Shown: positions 1-10,653 of the stretch, piece by piece
How positions within the stretch are numbered: the first letter of the stretch is position 1
Layout of the letters: every line of letters begins with the position of its first letter
Assembly: GCA_964276515.1 (NCBI GenBank)
Contig: OZ193909.1
Location: 15,004,001 to 15,068,000, forward strand
Direction of reading: 5' to 3'
Source of the DNA: Gordius albopunctatus
Lineage: Eukaryota
Length of the DNA: 64,000 bases
Position numbers and translations under genes: made by a program
Notes under the pieces: generated by a model
Database searches by the model: none
The model's input: only the letters and a program-made list of their open reading frames with translations
Told to the model about the DNA's origin: nothing

Positions 1-108
1 TGTTCTTAAAAACGATAAAATATAAAGTTAAACCATATTAAAATTGTCAAACAGATTATTACTAACCCGCCACACTGGGCTCCTGCCCCTGTCACAGACA
101 CGATTACT

Positions 109-534
109 ATGACACGGGCGGAATTGGATGCGCTCTTAGCAAGGGAAAGAGCACGCCCCAGCAACCTACCAAGCTCCAATATTGAAATACTCAAACTTCG
201 ACTCAAAGGTTTACGTGAGGCTGTGGAAACCAACTACACTATGCCGGCGTACCAAAAACACGAAGCAGAATTTCTACTCAGTATGGGTAACTCGATTGAA
301 GACTTCAACAAAACCATAGACAAATTCTCAGATCGGGTCAGAACATTAGCAATGGCGTCATACTATGGATGGCAGGCCGTTACCGGGAAGTCAAAGGATT
401 GGGCTGAGAAAATGGGCATGGGCCAGTACACCGAACCGGTCCAGCTTTTTCGTGCGCCTGATCCAAGACATGGTCAAAGGAAGAAAGACTCTCAATCCAA
501 AGGGCCGCCTCCGCCTCGGGCGGAGAGAACGTAA
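109..534 (+). pseudogene. 5'-truncated copy of retroelement ORF1 (gag-like)
   Basis: Matches the C-terminal 141 aa of the 257-aa ORF at 7569-8342(-), with one aa difference. The upstream part is replaced by AT-rich DNA at the 62/63 junction. Confidence 0.7.
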
Positions 535-573
535 ATATGTTAGGAAGGTAGCGGCGACCCTCGGCAGCGGTGA

Positions 574-1695
574 TCACCCAGTGAGCATGTAGACATAGTG
601 CGTGAGGATCCCTAAGCACTTTTGGGTAACCAGAGGGTGAGGAGCCTTCTTTTCAATTAGGAAGTGGTTAAGTATTTGCGTGGCAGCGTCGATTTTGCTT
701 ACGAATTTCGAATTTACCTCGAGGGACTGTGATTCTAGATTGACATTTATGCCCAAATAGTCCATGATAGTGCGGGGGACCAAGCATGATTTGTTGCGGT
801 TGATAGTTAGATTCCAACACTTTGCAAGGTACAAGAATCTCCTAGTATCTGCTAGGACCAGTGTATCGGAGGGCCCATATATTAGGATGTCGTCCAAATA
901 CACGTTGTATTTGGATTTTGTAATGGATTTTTTGCAGAGATCGAGCATGACCTGTTGTAATACGAATGGAGAAAAACCTGCACCCATGGGTATAACTTTG
1001 TATGCATATTTACGACGTCGGTACCGGAACCCGAAGAATTTGGCCGAGTCCGGTGCCAGAGGAATGGAGAAAAAGGCTGCTTTCATGTCAATCTTCGTCA
1101 TGTATTTCGCCTCAGAAAGTGATGAAGCAATGAGCGGGATTGACTTAAGTGAGAAGGGATATTTAACGAAGTTTTTGGATATTTGTGATAAATCCGCAAT
1201 TAGTCGTGGTGAACCATCGCTTTTAGGAATAAAGTACATGGGGGAAGGAATGGTTCCAGGGTTCTCACGGACAATGTTTGACAGAATAATTTCGTCGACC
1301 AGCGGCTTATGTTCCCGGGGGATTGCTTTAACGTATCTGGGGACATGATATCTGCCGTGATTGTCAACGATGGCTTTGCGAGATAATTTCGGTTCGAACC
1401 CATATTTCGCGATCCTTAGGGTAAAATTGCTTTGCAGCCTATGGGGTTTCAAGATTGTTGTGCGTAGAGATGTAAAGTTGCTATTATGCTCCAACTTGGA
1501 CGGAGCATAATAGCTACCATATGTGCTTGGACGCATAAGCTCTGTCATCAAGAGGGGTAAAATGCTTAAGAGGTTAAGTTGTAACAGCAAATACAAGCTC
1601 AAGCAGAAGGAATGAGGCGGGATCAACAACTTTAAATAAAAGTAGTTTTGTGCGAGCAATTGCTGATTAGCAAGCTGCTCATCCATTTTGCTCAA
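574..1695 (-). mobile_element. Reverse transcriptase ORF (DIRS-like / hepadnavirus-like), 3'-truncated, no RNase H
   Basis: RT motifs MYFIPKSDGSPRLIADLSQ, KIDMKAAFFSIPL, IPMGAGFSPFVL, YLDD, INRNKS and YLG. The stop is created at the junction with the inverted ORF1. Identical protein to 6408-7529(+). Confidence 0.9.
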
Positions 1696-1750
1696 CGAAT
1701 GTGTTAATTAATTATGTGACATATCGCAATTAATCTGCTCAGCAAATGTA

Positions 1751-1960
1751 TTGGAATGGTGGAAAATGAATGAGACACGCTTTCCGACACTCAGCAAAAT
1801 GGCTAGAGACTATTTAGGGCAGTCCACCACTTCAGTTCCGGGTGAACGAATGTTTTCCTTGGCAGGAAATATTTTTACAGCTAGAAGAAATCGGTTGTCC
1901 TCAAATACGATTACCCAAATTATGTGTTTAAAGTCTTGGGGAAATGTTAATTTAAAATAA
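1751..1960 (+). mobile_element. hAT transposase C-terminal dimerisation domain fragment
   Basis: LEWWK..E.RFPTLSKMARDYL...TSVPGERMFSLAG.IFT.RRNRLS..TI..IMCLKSW is the classic hAT dimerisation signature. No catalytic domain lies upstream. Confidence 0.9.
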
Positions 1961-2640
1961 TATTGTAATTTATGTGTATTTTTGGTGACATTTAATAAAA
2001 TAATAATGCTGATTTGGTGTCAATACTTTAATTTGAACTAGAAACAGATATCAGACATCTAAATCAAATATATGTAAATAAAATAAAAATATTTTTCCCA
2101 TGTTTTAAACAATAAATTTCAAAATCTTTTGCCAAAAAAATATTACATTCTAACCTGGCTTAAAAGACCATATTAAAAATGTCAAAAAATTTATTAGCAT
2201 TTGGGTGAGATAGAAAATTAAAAAAATTTATAATGCCAAAAATTTTCAATTTTAATATCATTAAGCTATTTTAGCCATATATAAAGAATATTCTATAAAG
2301 CGAAATTTCCCACTTTTTATAAAACATTGCATTGTGACCTGGACTAAAAATATTATTAAATATAAATTTAGAAACATTAAGTCATATTTAGAATGTCAAA
2401 AAAATATTTATACAATAAAATATAATTTCGCCATTTATAAAAAATAAATTTTTAAAAATCATTTTAGATATATATAATTATATTCGAAAAAATATTAGTT
2501 CGTACCTTTAATAAAATTTTAACATTGACACCTGTTCTTAAAAACGATAAAATATAAAGTTAAACCATATTAAAATTGTCAAACAGATTATTACTAACCC
2601 GCCACACTGGGCTCCTGCCCCTGTCACAGACACGATTACT

Positions 2641-3066
2641 ATGACACGGGCGGAATTGGATGCGCTCTTAGCAAGGGAAAGAGCACGCCCCAGCAACCTA
2701 CCAAGCTCCAATATTGAAATACTCAAACTTCGACTCAAAGGTTTACGTGAGGCTGTGGAAACCAACTACACTATGCCGGCGTACCAAAAACACGAAGCAG
2801 AATTTCTACTCAGTATGGGTAACTCGATTGAAGACTTCAACAAAACCATAGACAAATTCTCAGATCGGGTCAGAACATTAGCAATGGCGTCATACTATGG
2901 ATGGCAGGCCGTTACCGGGAAGTCAAAGGATTGGGCTGAGAAAATGGGCATGGGCCAGTACACCGAACCGGTCCAGCTTTTTCGTGCGCCTGATCCAAGA
3001 CATGGTCAAAGGAAGAAAGGCTCTCAATCCAAAGGGCCGCCTCCGCCTCGGGCGGAGAGAACGTAG
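2641..3066 (+). pseudogene. Second 5'-truncated copy of retroelement ORF1 (KKGSQ variant)
   Basis: Direct repeat of 109-534 at offset 2532, with a few substitutions near the 3' end. It continues into different sequence after 3106. Confidence 0.7.
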
Positions 3067-5982
3067 ATATGTTACGACGGTAGCGGCGACCCTCGGCAGC
3101 GGTGATAACCCGCCGAGGTCGGTGAGGGATGGAAATGCTCCAACATGGCTCATTAACTACACAGCCATTGCCAGAAGCATCGCTATCAATTCCATCTCTC
3201 CCGACGATGGCCCGGAGCTGGAAGAGTTGCCACACCCTTTCAGTACGTCGCTACCTGAGCATACAAATGTGCCGGGAGTTCTCGCCTCTCAATGGACGGA
3301 GGTGGGTCTGGATAGCGAAGGCCCACCTATCATCAGCGAACCGTCTAATATTCCCTCTTTCCCATCCCACCCCCTTTCCTCATTCACTAGGTTTGATCTT
3401 CCATTATCCATCCGCACAACTAGTGATGGTGATTTGCTCCAATGAGCATTGCTCACTGTGAGCTCTGCCCCCTCACACGCACTGTGTATCCTACTCTACT
3501 CATGTGGCTGTTGATGTACTAGATGACAATGCTCGAGAGGCGAAGGGGTAGTAGCAAAAACTTACTCATGTATAGAGCTGTCTGCCTGAGCAGCATTATA
3601 AATTGAATAACCTATTTCATATGAGCAAATGCTATGAGCAAGCAGTTTATCTGAACTGCTCATAACATAATGTTCTCATTAAAGCGTCCTTAGTTTTAAA
3701 ACAGTACATTCTGTTGTTCAACAAATATTGTGGCTATTTGAATAGGCGTAAGTCGGATTTCCTAAAGGGGGGGGGGTAAAATTTTTTTAAGATCAAATTT
3801 TTTTTGTTAATGATCTTATAATTTCTTTTTTATACATGCCAAAAATTAAAAAAAAAATTATTTAATTATAAATTTTTTAATTTTCTGTCTCACCCAGGTG
3901 GTAATAATCTGTTTGACAATTTTAATATGGTTTAACTTTATATTTTATCGTTTTTAAGAACAGGTGTCAATGTTAAAATTTTATTAAAGGTACGAACTAA
4001 TATTTTTTCGAATATAATTATATATATCTAAAATGATTTTTAAAAATTTATTTTTTATAAATGGCGAAATTATATTTTATTGTATAAATATTTTTTTGAC
4101 ATTCTAAATATGACTTAATGTTTCTAAATTTATATTTAATAATATTTTTAGTCCAGGTCACAATGCAATGTTTTATAAAAAGTGGGAAATTTCGCTTTAT
4201 AGAATATTCTTTATATATGGCTAAAATAGCTTAATGATATTAAAATTGAAAATTTTTGGCATTATAAATTTTTTAATTTTCTATCTCACCCAAATGCTAA
4301 TAAATTTTTTGACATTTTTAATATGGTCTTTTAAGCCAGGTTAGAATGTAATATTTTTTTGGCAAAAGATTTTNNNNNNNNNNNNNNNNNNNNNNNNNNN
4401 NNNNNNNNNNNNNNNNNNNNNNNNNNNNNNNNNNNNNNNNNNNNNNNNNNNNNNNNNNNNNNNNNNNNNNNNNNNNNNNNNNNNNNNNNNNNNNNNNNNN
4501 NNNNNNNNNNNNNNNNNNNNNNNNNNNNNNNNNNNNNNNNNNNNNNNNNNNNNNNNNNNNNNNNNNNNNNNNNCGAACCGGTCCAGCTTTTTCGTGCGCC
4601 TGATCCAAGACATGGTCAAAGGAAGAAAGGCTCTCAATCCAAAGGGCCGCCTCCGCCTCGGGCGGAGAGAACGTAGATATGTTACGACGGTAGCGGCGAC
4701 CCTCGGCAGCGGTGATAACCCGCCGAGGTCGGTGAGGGATGGAAATGCTCCAACATGGCTCATTAACTACACAGCCATTGCCAGAAGCATCGCTATCAAT
4801 TCCATCTCTCCCGACGATGGCCCGGAGCTGGAAGAGTTGCCACACCCTTTCAGTACGTCGCTACCTGAGCATACAAATGTGCCGGGAGTTCTCGCCTCTC
4901 AATGGACGGAGGTGGGTCTGGATAGCGAAGGCCCACCTATCATCAGCGAACCGTCTAATATTCCCTCTTTCCCATCCCACCCCCTTTCCTCATTCACTAG
5001 GTTTGATCTTCCATTATCCATCCGCACAACTAGTGATGGTGATTTGCTCCAATGAGCATTGCTCACTGTGAGCTCTGCCCCCTCACACGCACTGTGTATC
5101 CTACTCTACTCATGTGGCTGTTGATGTACTAGATGACAATGCTCGAGAGGCGAAGGGGTAGTAGCAAAAACTTACTCATGTATAGAGCTGTCTGCCTGAG
5201 CAGCATTATAAATTGAATAACCTATTTCATATGAGCAAATGCTATGAGCAAGCAGTTTATCTGAACTGCTCATAACATAATGTTCTCATTAAAGCGTCCT
5301 TAGTTTTAAAACAGTACATTCTGTTGTTCAACAAATATTGTGGCTATTTGAATAGGCGTAAGTCGGATTTCCTAAAGGGGGGGGGTAAAATTTTTTTAAG
5401 ATCAAATTTTTTTTGTTAATGATCTTATAATTTCTTTTTTATACATGCCAAAAATTAAAAAAAAAATTATTTAATTATAAATTTTTTAATTTTCTGTCTC
5501 ACCCAGGTGGTAATAATCTGTTTGACAATTTTAATATGGTTTAACTTTATATTTTATCGTTTTTAAGAACAGGTGTCAATGTTAAAATTTTATTAAAGGT
5601 ACGAACTAATATTTTTTCGAATATAATTATATATATCTAAAATGATTTTTAAAAATTTATTTTTTATAAATGGCGAAATTATATTTTATTGTATAAATAT
5701 TTTTTTGACATTCTAAATATGACTTAATGTTTCTAAATTTATATTTAATAATATTTTTAGTCCAGGTCACAATGCAATGTTTTATAAAAAGTGGGAAATT
5801 TCGCTTTATAGAATATTCTTTATATATGGCTAAAATAGCTTAATGATATTAAAATTGAAAATTTTTGGCATTATAAATTTTTTAATTTTCTATCTCACCC
5901 AAATGCTAATAAATTTTTTGACATTTTTAATATGGTCTTTTAAGCCAGGTTAGAATGTAATATTTTTTTGGCAAAAGATTTT
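2964..5982. repeat. 1.41-kb direct duplication (2964-4373 = 4574-5982) flanking a 200-N scaffold gap; probably an unmerged contig overlap
   Basis: The copies look identical except for a G10 vs G9 run, and both abut the N gap (4374-4573) exactly. Confidence 0.8.
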
Positions 5983-6142
5983 GAAATTTATTGTTTAAAA
6001 CATGGGAAAAATATTTTTATTTTATTTACATATATTTGATTTAGATGTCTGATATCTGTTTCTAGTTCAAATTAAAGTATTGACACCAAATCAGCATTAT
6101 TATTTTATTAAATGTCACCAAAAATACACATAAATTACAATA

Positions 6143-6352
6143 TTATTTTAAATTAACATTTCCCCAAGACTTTAAACACATAATTTGGGTAATCGTATTT
6201 GAGGACAACCGATTTCTTCTAGCTGTAAAAATATTTCCTGCCAAGGAAAACATTCGTTCACCCGGAACTGAAGTGGTGGACTGCCCTAAATAGTCTCTAG
6301 CCATTTTGCTGAGTGTCGGAAAGCGTGTCTCATTCATTTTCCACCATTCCAA
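6143..6352 (-). mobile_element. hAT transposase C-terminal dimerisation domain fragment (inverted copy)
   Basis: Same translation as 1751-1960. Confidence 0.9.
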
Positions 6353-6407
6353 TACATTTGCTGAGCAGATTAATTGCGATATGTCACATAATTAATTAAC
6401 ACATTCG

Positions 6408-7529
6408 TTGAGCAAAATGGATGAGCAGCTTGCTAATCAGCAATTGCTCGCACAAAACTACTTTTATTTAAAGTTGTTGATCCCGCCTCATTCCTTCTGC
6501 TTGAGCTTGTATTTGCTGTTACAACTTAACCTCTTAAGCATTTTACCCCTCTTGATGACAGAGCTTATGCGTCCAAGCACATATGGTAGCTATTATGCTC
6601 CGTCCAAGTTGGAGCATAATAGCAACTTTACATCTCTACGCACAACAATCTTGAAACCCCATAGGCTGCAAAGCAATTTTACCCTAAGGATCGCGAAATA
6701 TGGGTTCGAACCGAAATTATCTCGCAAAGCCATCGTTGACAATCACGGCAGATATCATGTCCCCAGATACGTTAAAGCAATCCCCCGGGAACATAAGCCG
6801 CTGGTCGACGAAATTATTCTGTCAAACATTGTCCGTGAGAACCCTGGAACCATTCCTTCCCCCATGTACTTTATTCCTAAAAGCGATGGTTCACCACGAC
6901 TAATTGCGGATTTATCACAAATATCCAAAAACTTCGTTAAATATCCCTTCTCACTTAAGTCAATCCCGCTCATTGCTTCATCACTTTCTGAGGCGAAATA
7001 CATGACGAAGATTGACATGAAAGCAGCCTTTTTCTCCATTCCTCTGGCACCGGACTCGGCCAAATTCTTCGGGTTCCGGTACCGACGTCGTAAATATGCA
7101 TACAAAGTTATACCCATGGGTGCAGGTTTTTCTCCATTCGTATTACAACAGGTCATGCTCGATCTCTGCAAAAAATCCATTACAAAATCCAAATACAACG
7201 TGTATTTGGACGACATCCTAATATATGGGCCCTCCGATACACTGGTCCTAGCAGATACTAGGAGATTCTTGTACCTTGCAAAGTGTTGGAATCTAACTAT
7301 CAACCGCAACAAATCATGCTTGGTCCCCCGCACTATCATGGACTATTTGGGCATAAATGTCAATCTAGAATCACAGTCCCTCGAGGTAAATTCGAAATTC
7401 GTAAGCAAAATCGACGCTGCCACGCAAATACTTAACCACTTCCTAATTGAAAAGAAGGCTCCTCACCCTCTGGTTACCCAAAAGTGCTTAGGGATCCTCA
7501 CGCACTATGTCTACATGCTCACTGGGTGA
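6408..7529 (+). mobile_element. Reverse transcriptase ORF (DIRS-like / hepadnavirus-like), 3'-truncated
   Basis: RLIADLSQISK at 6897-6929, IPMG at 7110-7121 and YLDD at 7203-7214. The first ~49 codons look like read-through from adjacent hAT-like DNA; a plausible ATG is at 6555. No RNase H or integrase/tyrosine recombinase is visible. Confidence 0.9.
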
Positions 7530-7568
7530 TCACCGCTGCCGAGGGTCGCCGCTACCTTCCTAACATAT

Positions 7569-8342
7569 TTACGTTCTCTCCGCCCGAGGCGGAGGCGGCC
7601 CTTTGGATTGAGAGTCTTTCTTCCTTTGACCATGTCTTGGATCAGGCGCACGAAAAAGCTGGACCGGTTCGGTGTACTGGCCCATGCCCATTTTCTCAGC
7701 CCAATCCTTTGACTTCCCGGTAACGGCCTGCCATCCATAGTATGACGCCATTGCTAATGTTCTGACCCGATCTGAGAATTTGTCTATGGTTTTGTTGAAG
7801 TCTTCAATCGAGTTACCCATACTGAGTAGAAATTCTGTTTCGTGTTTTTGGTACGCCGGCATAGTGTAGTTGGTTTCCACAGCCTCACGTAAACCTTTGA
7901 GTCGAAGTTTGAGTATTTCAATATTGGAGCTTGGTAGGTTGCTGGGGCGTGCTCTTTCCCTTGCTAAGAGCGCATCCAATTCCGCCCGTGTCATAGTAAT
8001 CGTGTCTGTGACAGGGGCAGGAGCCCAGTGTGGCGGGTTATCTCCCGGCCCGATCGTTTCCTCGCTCCTTCCCAGAAGACTTCTTTCAATCTTAGCGTCC
8101 ATTGCCGCTAGCCGATCCAGAATCACTTTTACCACTGATTCCGATCCTATTGCGTCACGGCTGATAGTAGCACCAGTTGAAGATTTATCCGGGGACGTCA
8201 TAGGGGCGTTTAGTAAAGACGAATTTATATTACTAAGAGACGTCGATTTGGAAAAATATTTATTAAGAGGGGTAGTATCAGAAACGTTCTTCTTGGAAGA
8301 AGTTTTCCTTGTCATAAGCAATCTAAACCACAGAAGGACCAA
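7569..8342 (-). CDS. Retroelement ORF1, gag/capsid-like (257 aa, apparently full length)
   Basis: GC-richer open frame with a coiled-coil segment (LDRLAAMDAKIERSL) and a basic Pro-rich C-tail. The R.RTLAMASYYGW.AV motif recalls ORF1 of DIRS-order elements. It is physically joined to the RT. Confidence 0.6.
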   Translation of the reverse strand: MVLLWFRLLMTRKTSSKKNVSDTTPLNKYFSKSTSLSNINSSLLNAPMTSPDKSSTGATISRDAIGSESVVKVILDRLAAMDAKIERSLLGRSEETIGPGDNPPHWAPAPVTDTITMTRAELDALLARERARPSNLPSSNIEILKLRLKGLREAVETNYTMPAYQKHETEFLLSMGNSIEDFNKTIDKFSDRVRTLAMASYYGWQAVTGKSKDWAEKMGMGQYTEPVQLFRAPDPRHGQRKKDSQSKGPPPPRAERT

Positions 8343-9071
8343 TTATTGGGGAAAAACTAATAAATTAACACACCGACGAGGGGCAAGGGTTCAATAAGCA
8401 CCGAGGGGGGAAACGATGAAGAGTAAAAAAGGGGTGATGAATTATACCTGAATTCTTAAACTCTTTTACGGTATTCATGCTTGGCACGCCCATGGCTCTT
8501 TAAATAATAAACTTTCAAGTACAATACATAGGGAAATAATCCTTAATTAGTTAATAAAAGTTTTATATTAGCGTTATGCCAATTCTTATATAGAGGGTTT
8601 TAAACCTCAAGTTTTTTTAATAACAAATTGTCTTAATTAATTATAGTTTATATTTTTTAATCATAATAAATTTATTGATGAAACACTGCATAGATTTTTT
8701 GGTGTAAATGTAATTAAAATGCTATTAGAGTTGAGGCTATAGTTCTATGGGGGCAAGGGAAAACGTAAAAAAATGGTTCAAATGAGATATGTATGGAAAG
8801 TTCGATTAACGATCTGAAAATAAGATGTAATTAAATAACTATGAAATTGTTGAAAATTAAATCGTTTTTATCATTGAATTTAAGTATTTTAATATACAAT
8901 GTTATATTTTTGTCTATTTGTAGTTGAAATTTAGGCCATATTAATTTGCGGGTTTTTAAAAACGATTGCCGTCAAAGTTGGGATTCAAATTTTGGTTATA
9001 AGTTGCTTCATTTCACCCTCATATTTTTTAACTATTCCTCAAATGATATATATTTTGCGATAGGTTAGGTA

Positions 9072-9219
9072 CATGGGCGTAGCCAAAGGGGCGGGGCAAG
9101 GAGAGGCGGCTGCCCCCCTCTAAATCCCAAAAGTTGAAAATTACGGCTAAAAACGATCATTTTGCCCCTCCCAAAATCATTATTGCCCCCTTCTAATTCC
9201 AATGCTAGCTGCGCGCATG
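9072..9219. mobile_element. MITE family A (TIR CATGGGCGTAGC...GCTACGCCCATG), degenerate copy
   Basis: Termini catgggcgtagcca / tagctgcgcgcatg; internal sequence shared with the other family A copies. Confidence 0.75.
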
Positions 9220-10653
9220 TCTAGGTCTATCTTTGACCTCAAGGTTTTTCAGGATAATTTTCGAAATCAACCTTTAGGTTTATGTTTTGGGATTTGAAAA
9301 GGGCTTAAACTTTTTTTTGAAACCTAAACCTGATCCCTCAGGTTTGGGATACAAAACCTATGTTTTGATTATCACTAATCCAATGATAGGGGGTTTTGCG
9401 AAAAAAATATCTGAATTGTGTAAAATACTCATAAATGATCGGGGGCTTCTTTTTAATATTGGGTTGATTGAATATTTGTAAATTTTATTGTAAATGAAAA
9501 ACTACTAATTGCCAAGCAATGCAAAAAATTTTTAGCTCGAGCGCGTGTTTCAAATTAAAAAATTTCCGAAAAAAATATTTCAACACTTAATATAGAGGAG
9601 TAAAAATACAGCCCATATGAATGATCTAGATAATTAACTTATATTTCCAAAGGTTTCAAACAAATGACAGTTATATCAAAGGGCTAAAACCCTTACCTTA
9701 AGTTATTTATATAAATGCATTCCTTATTTTGCCAACGCCAGCTAATCCAGCTACGTTAAATATGAGGTTTTTGAAATTTACATTTTTTTATATATTAATT
9801 AAAATAAATTAGAGAAAAAATTTAGATTTTATTTCTCCCCTACAATTAATAGAAGGGGTTTGGGCGGGCCTGAGCTTTTTTAACGGGCCCGGTTTATAAA
9901 GTTGATTGAGATTATATGAAAGATCATGTAATTACAAACGCTCTTAAAAGTCAGACAATTTTGTATATATATATTAATAATTTTTATTAAATACATAGTT
10001 TAATATTTGCTGAATTTTTTTTGAAAATAATTTTTTTAACATCTAATTTTTGTATATCCTGTAGCATTCATTCATTTTTCAAGCGCGAAATTTAACTTTA
10101 AAACATTTTTATTATTAATTTTAGTTTAAATAAATTGCATTATAAGCAATTTTAATTCCCTAATATTTACAAAGCACCAAAATTTGTAGTATTTAATTTT
10201 TTTTACGAATTCCTCTTTGTTAAATTATTTTAAATTTTAACAAATTTCATTCCTTTATTAATTTATTTGTGCCATATAATTCAATAAATATCTGTTTTAA
10301 TTAAAAACTTAGGTATATTAACTGAAATAAATTAATCTAGTCAATGTAAACTGCTTATTGAAAGTTGAATATTCTCATGTAATTTTATTGAACTATTTTA
10401 ATTTAATAGGGATTAGGGATACTGAATTTTAACTTCTTAGGTGTATTAACTTAACTTAATCAAATAAAAGTATATTGTTTATTGAAAGTTGAATATTGCC
10501 ATGTAATTTTTTCAAGTATTAATGTTAATACCTTATTGTAACTTTTTAAGTGCATTAACTCAAATAAATTAATTGAATAAATGTAAATTACTATTATCAT
10601 AAAGTATTAAGAACCCTTACTGCATTATCATATTAATGAATTGTGCCTGACGC

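Larger units (their letters stand above)
63..2594. repeat. Left arm of ~2.53-kb inverted repeat (chimeric retroelement/hAT unit)
   Basis: Reverse complement of 5510-8040. ORF coordinates mirror exactly (574+7529 = 1695+6408 = 1751+6352 = 8103). I saw one substitution (265/7838) and a 1-nt offset. Bases 1-574 also recur directly at 2533-3106 (period 2532). Confidence 0.95.
5510..8040. repeat. Right arm of ~2.53-kb inverted repeat
   Basis: Reverse complement of 63-2594. It continues beyond 8040 into the intact ORF1 5' region. Confidence 0.95.

Noticed and set aside
764..1348. 194-aa ORF antisense to the RT (also 6755-7339) as an envelope-like overlapping gene
   Set aside because: It is a codon-registered antisense shadow of the RT with no recognisable motif. 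Hepadnaviral surface genes overlap on the same strand.
574..1960. Prokaryotic RT system (retron, DGR, CRISPR-RT) or RT-hAT fusion protein
   Set aside because: The context is spliced eukaryotic DNA with no arrays or operons. The RT and hAT fragment lie on opposite strands and are not fused.
4318..4845. ORFs spanning the N run
   Set aside because: Artefacts of translating through the gap.
2964..5982. Tandem 1.4-kb duplication as a biological repeat
   Set aside because: The copies abut a 200-N gap on both sides and differ only in a homopolymer, so it is most likely an unmerged contig overlap.
6408..6554. N-terminal extension of the RT ORF (MSKMDEQL...)
   Set aside because: It starts at TTG within TGAGCA-repeat, hAT-like subterminal DNA, so it is probably fortuitous read-through across a junction.
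7870..8397. 175-aa ORF antisense to ORF1
   Set aside because: Antisense shadow of a GC-richer coding frame with no motifs.
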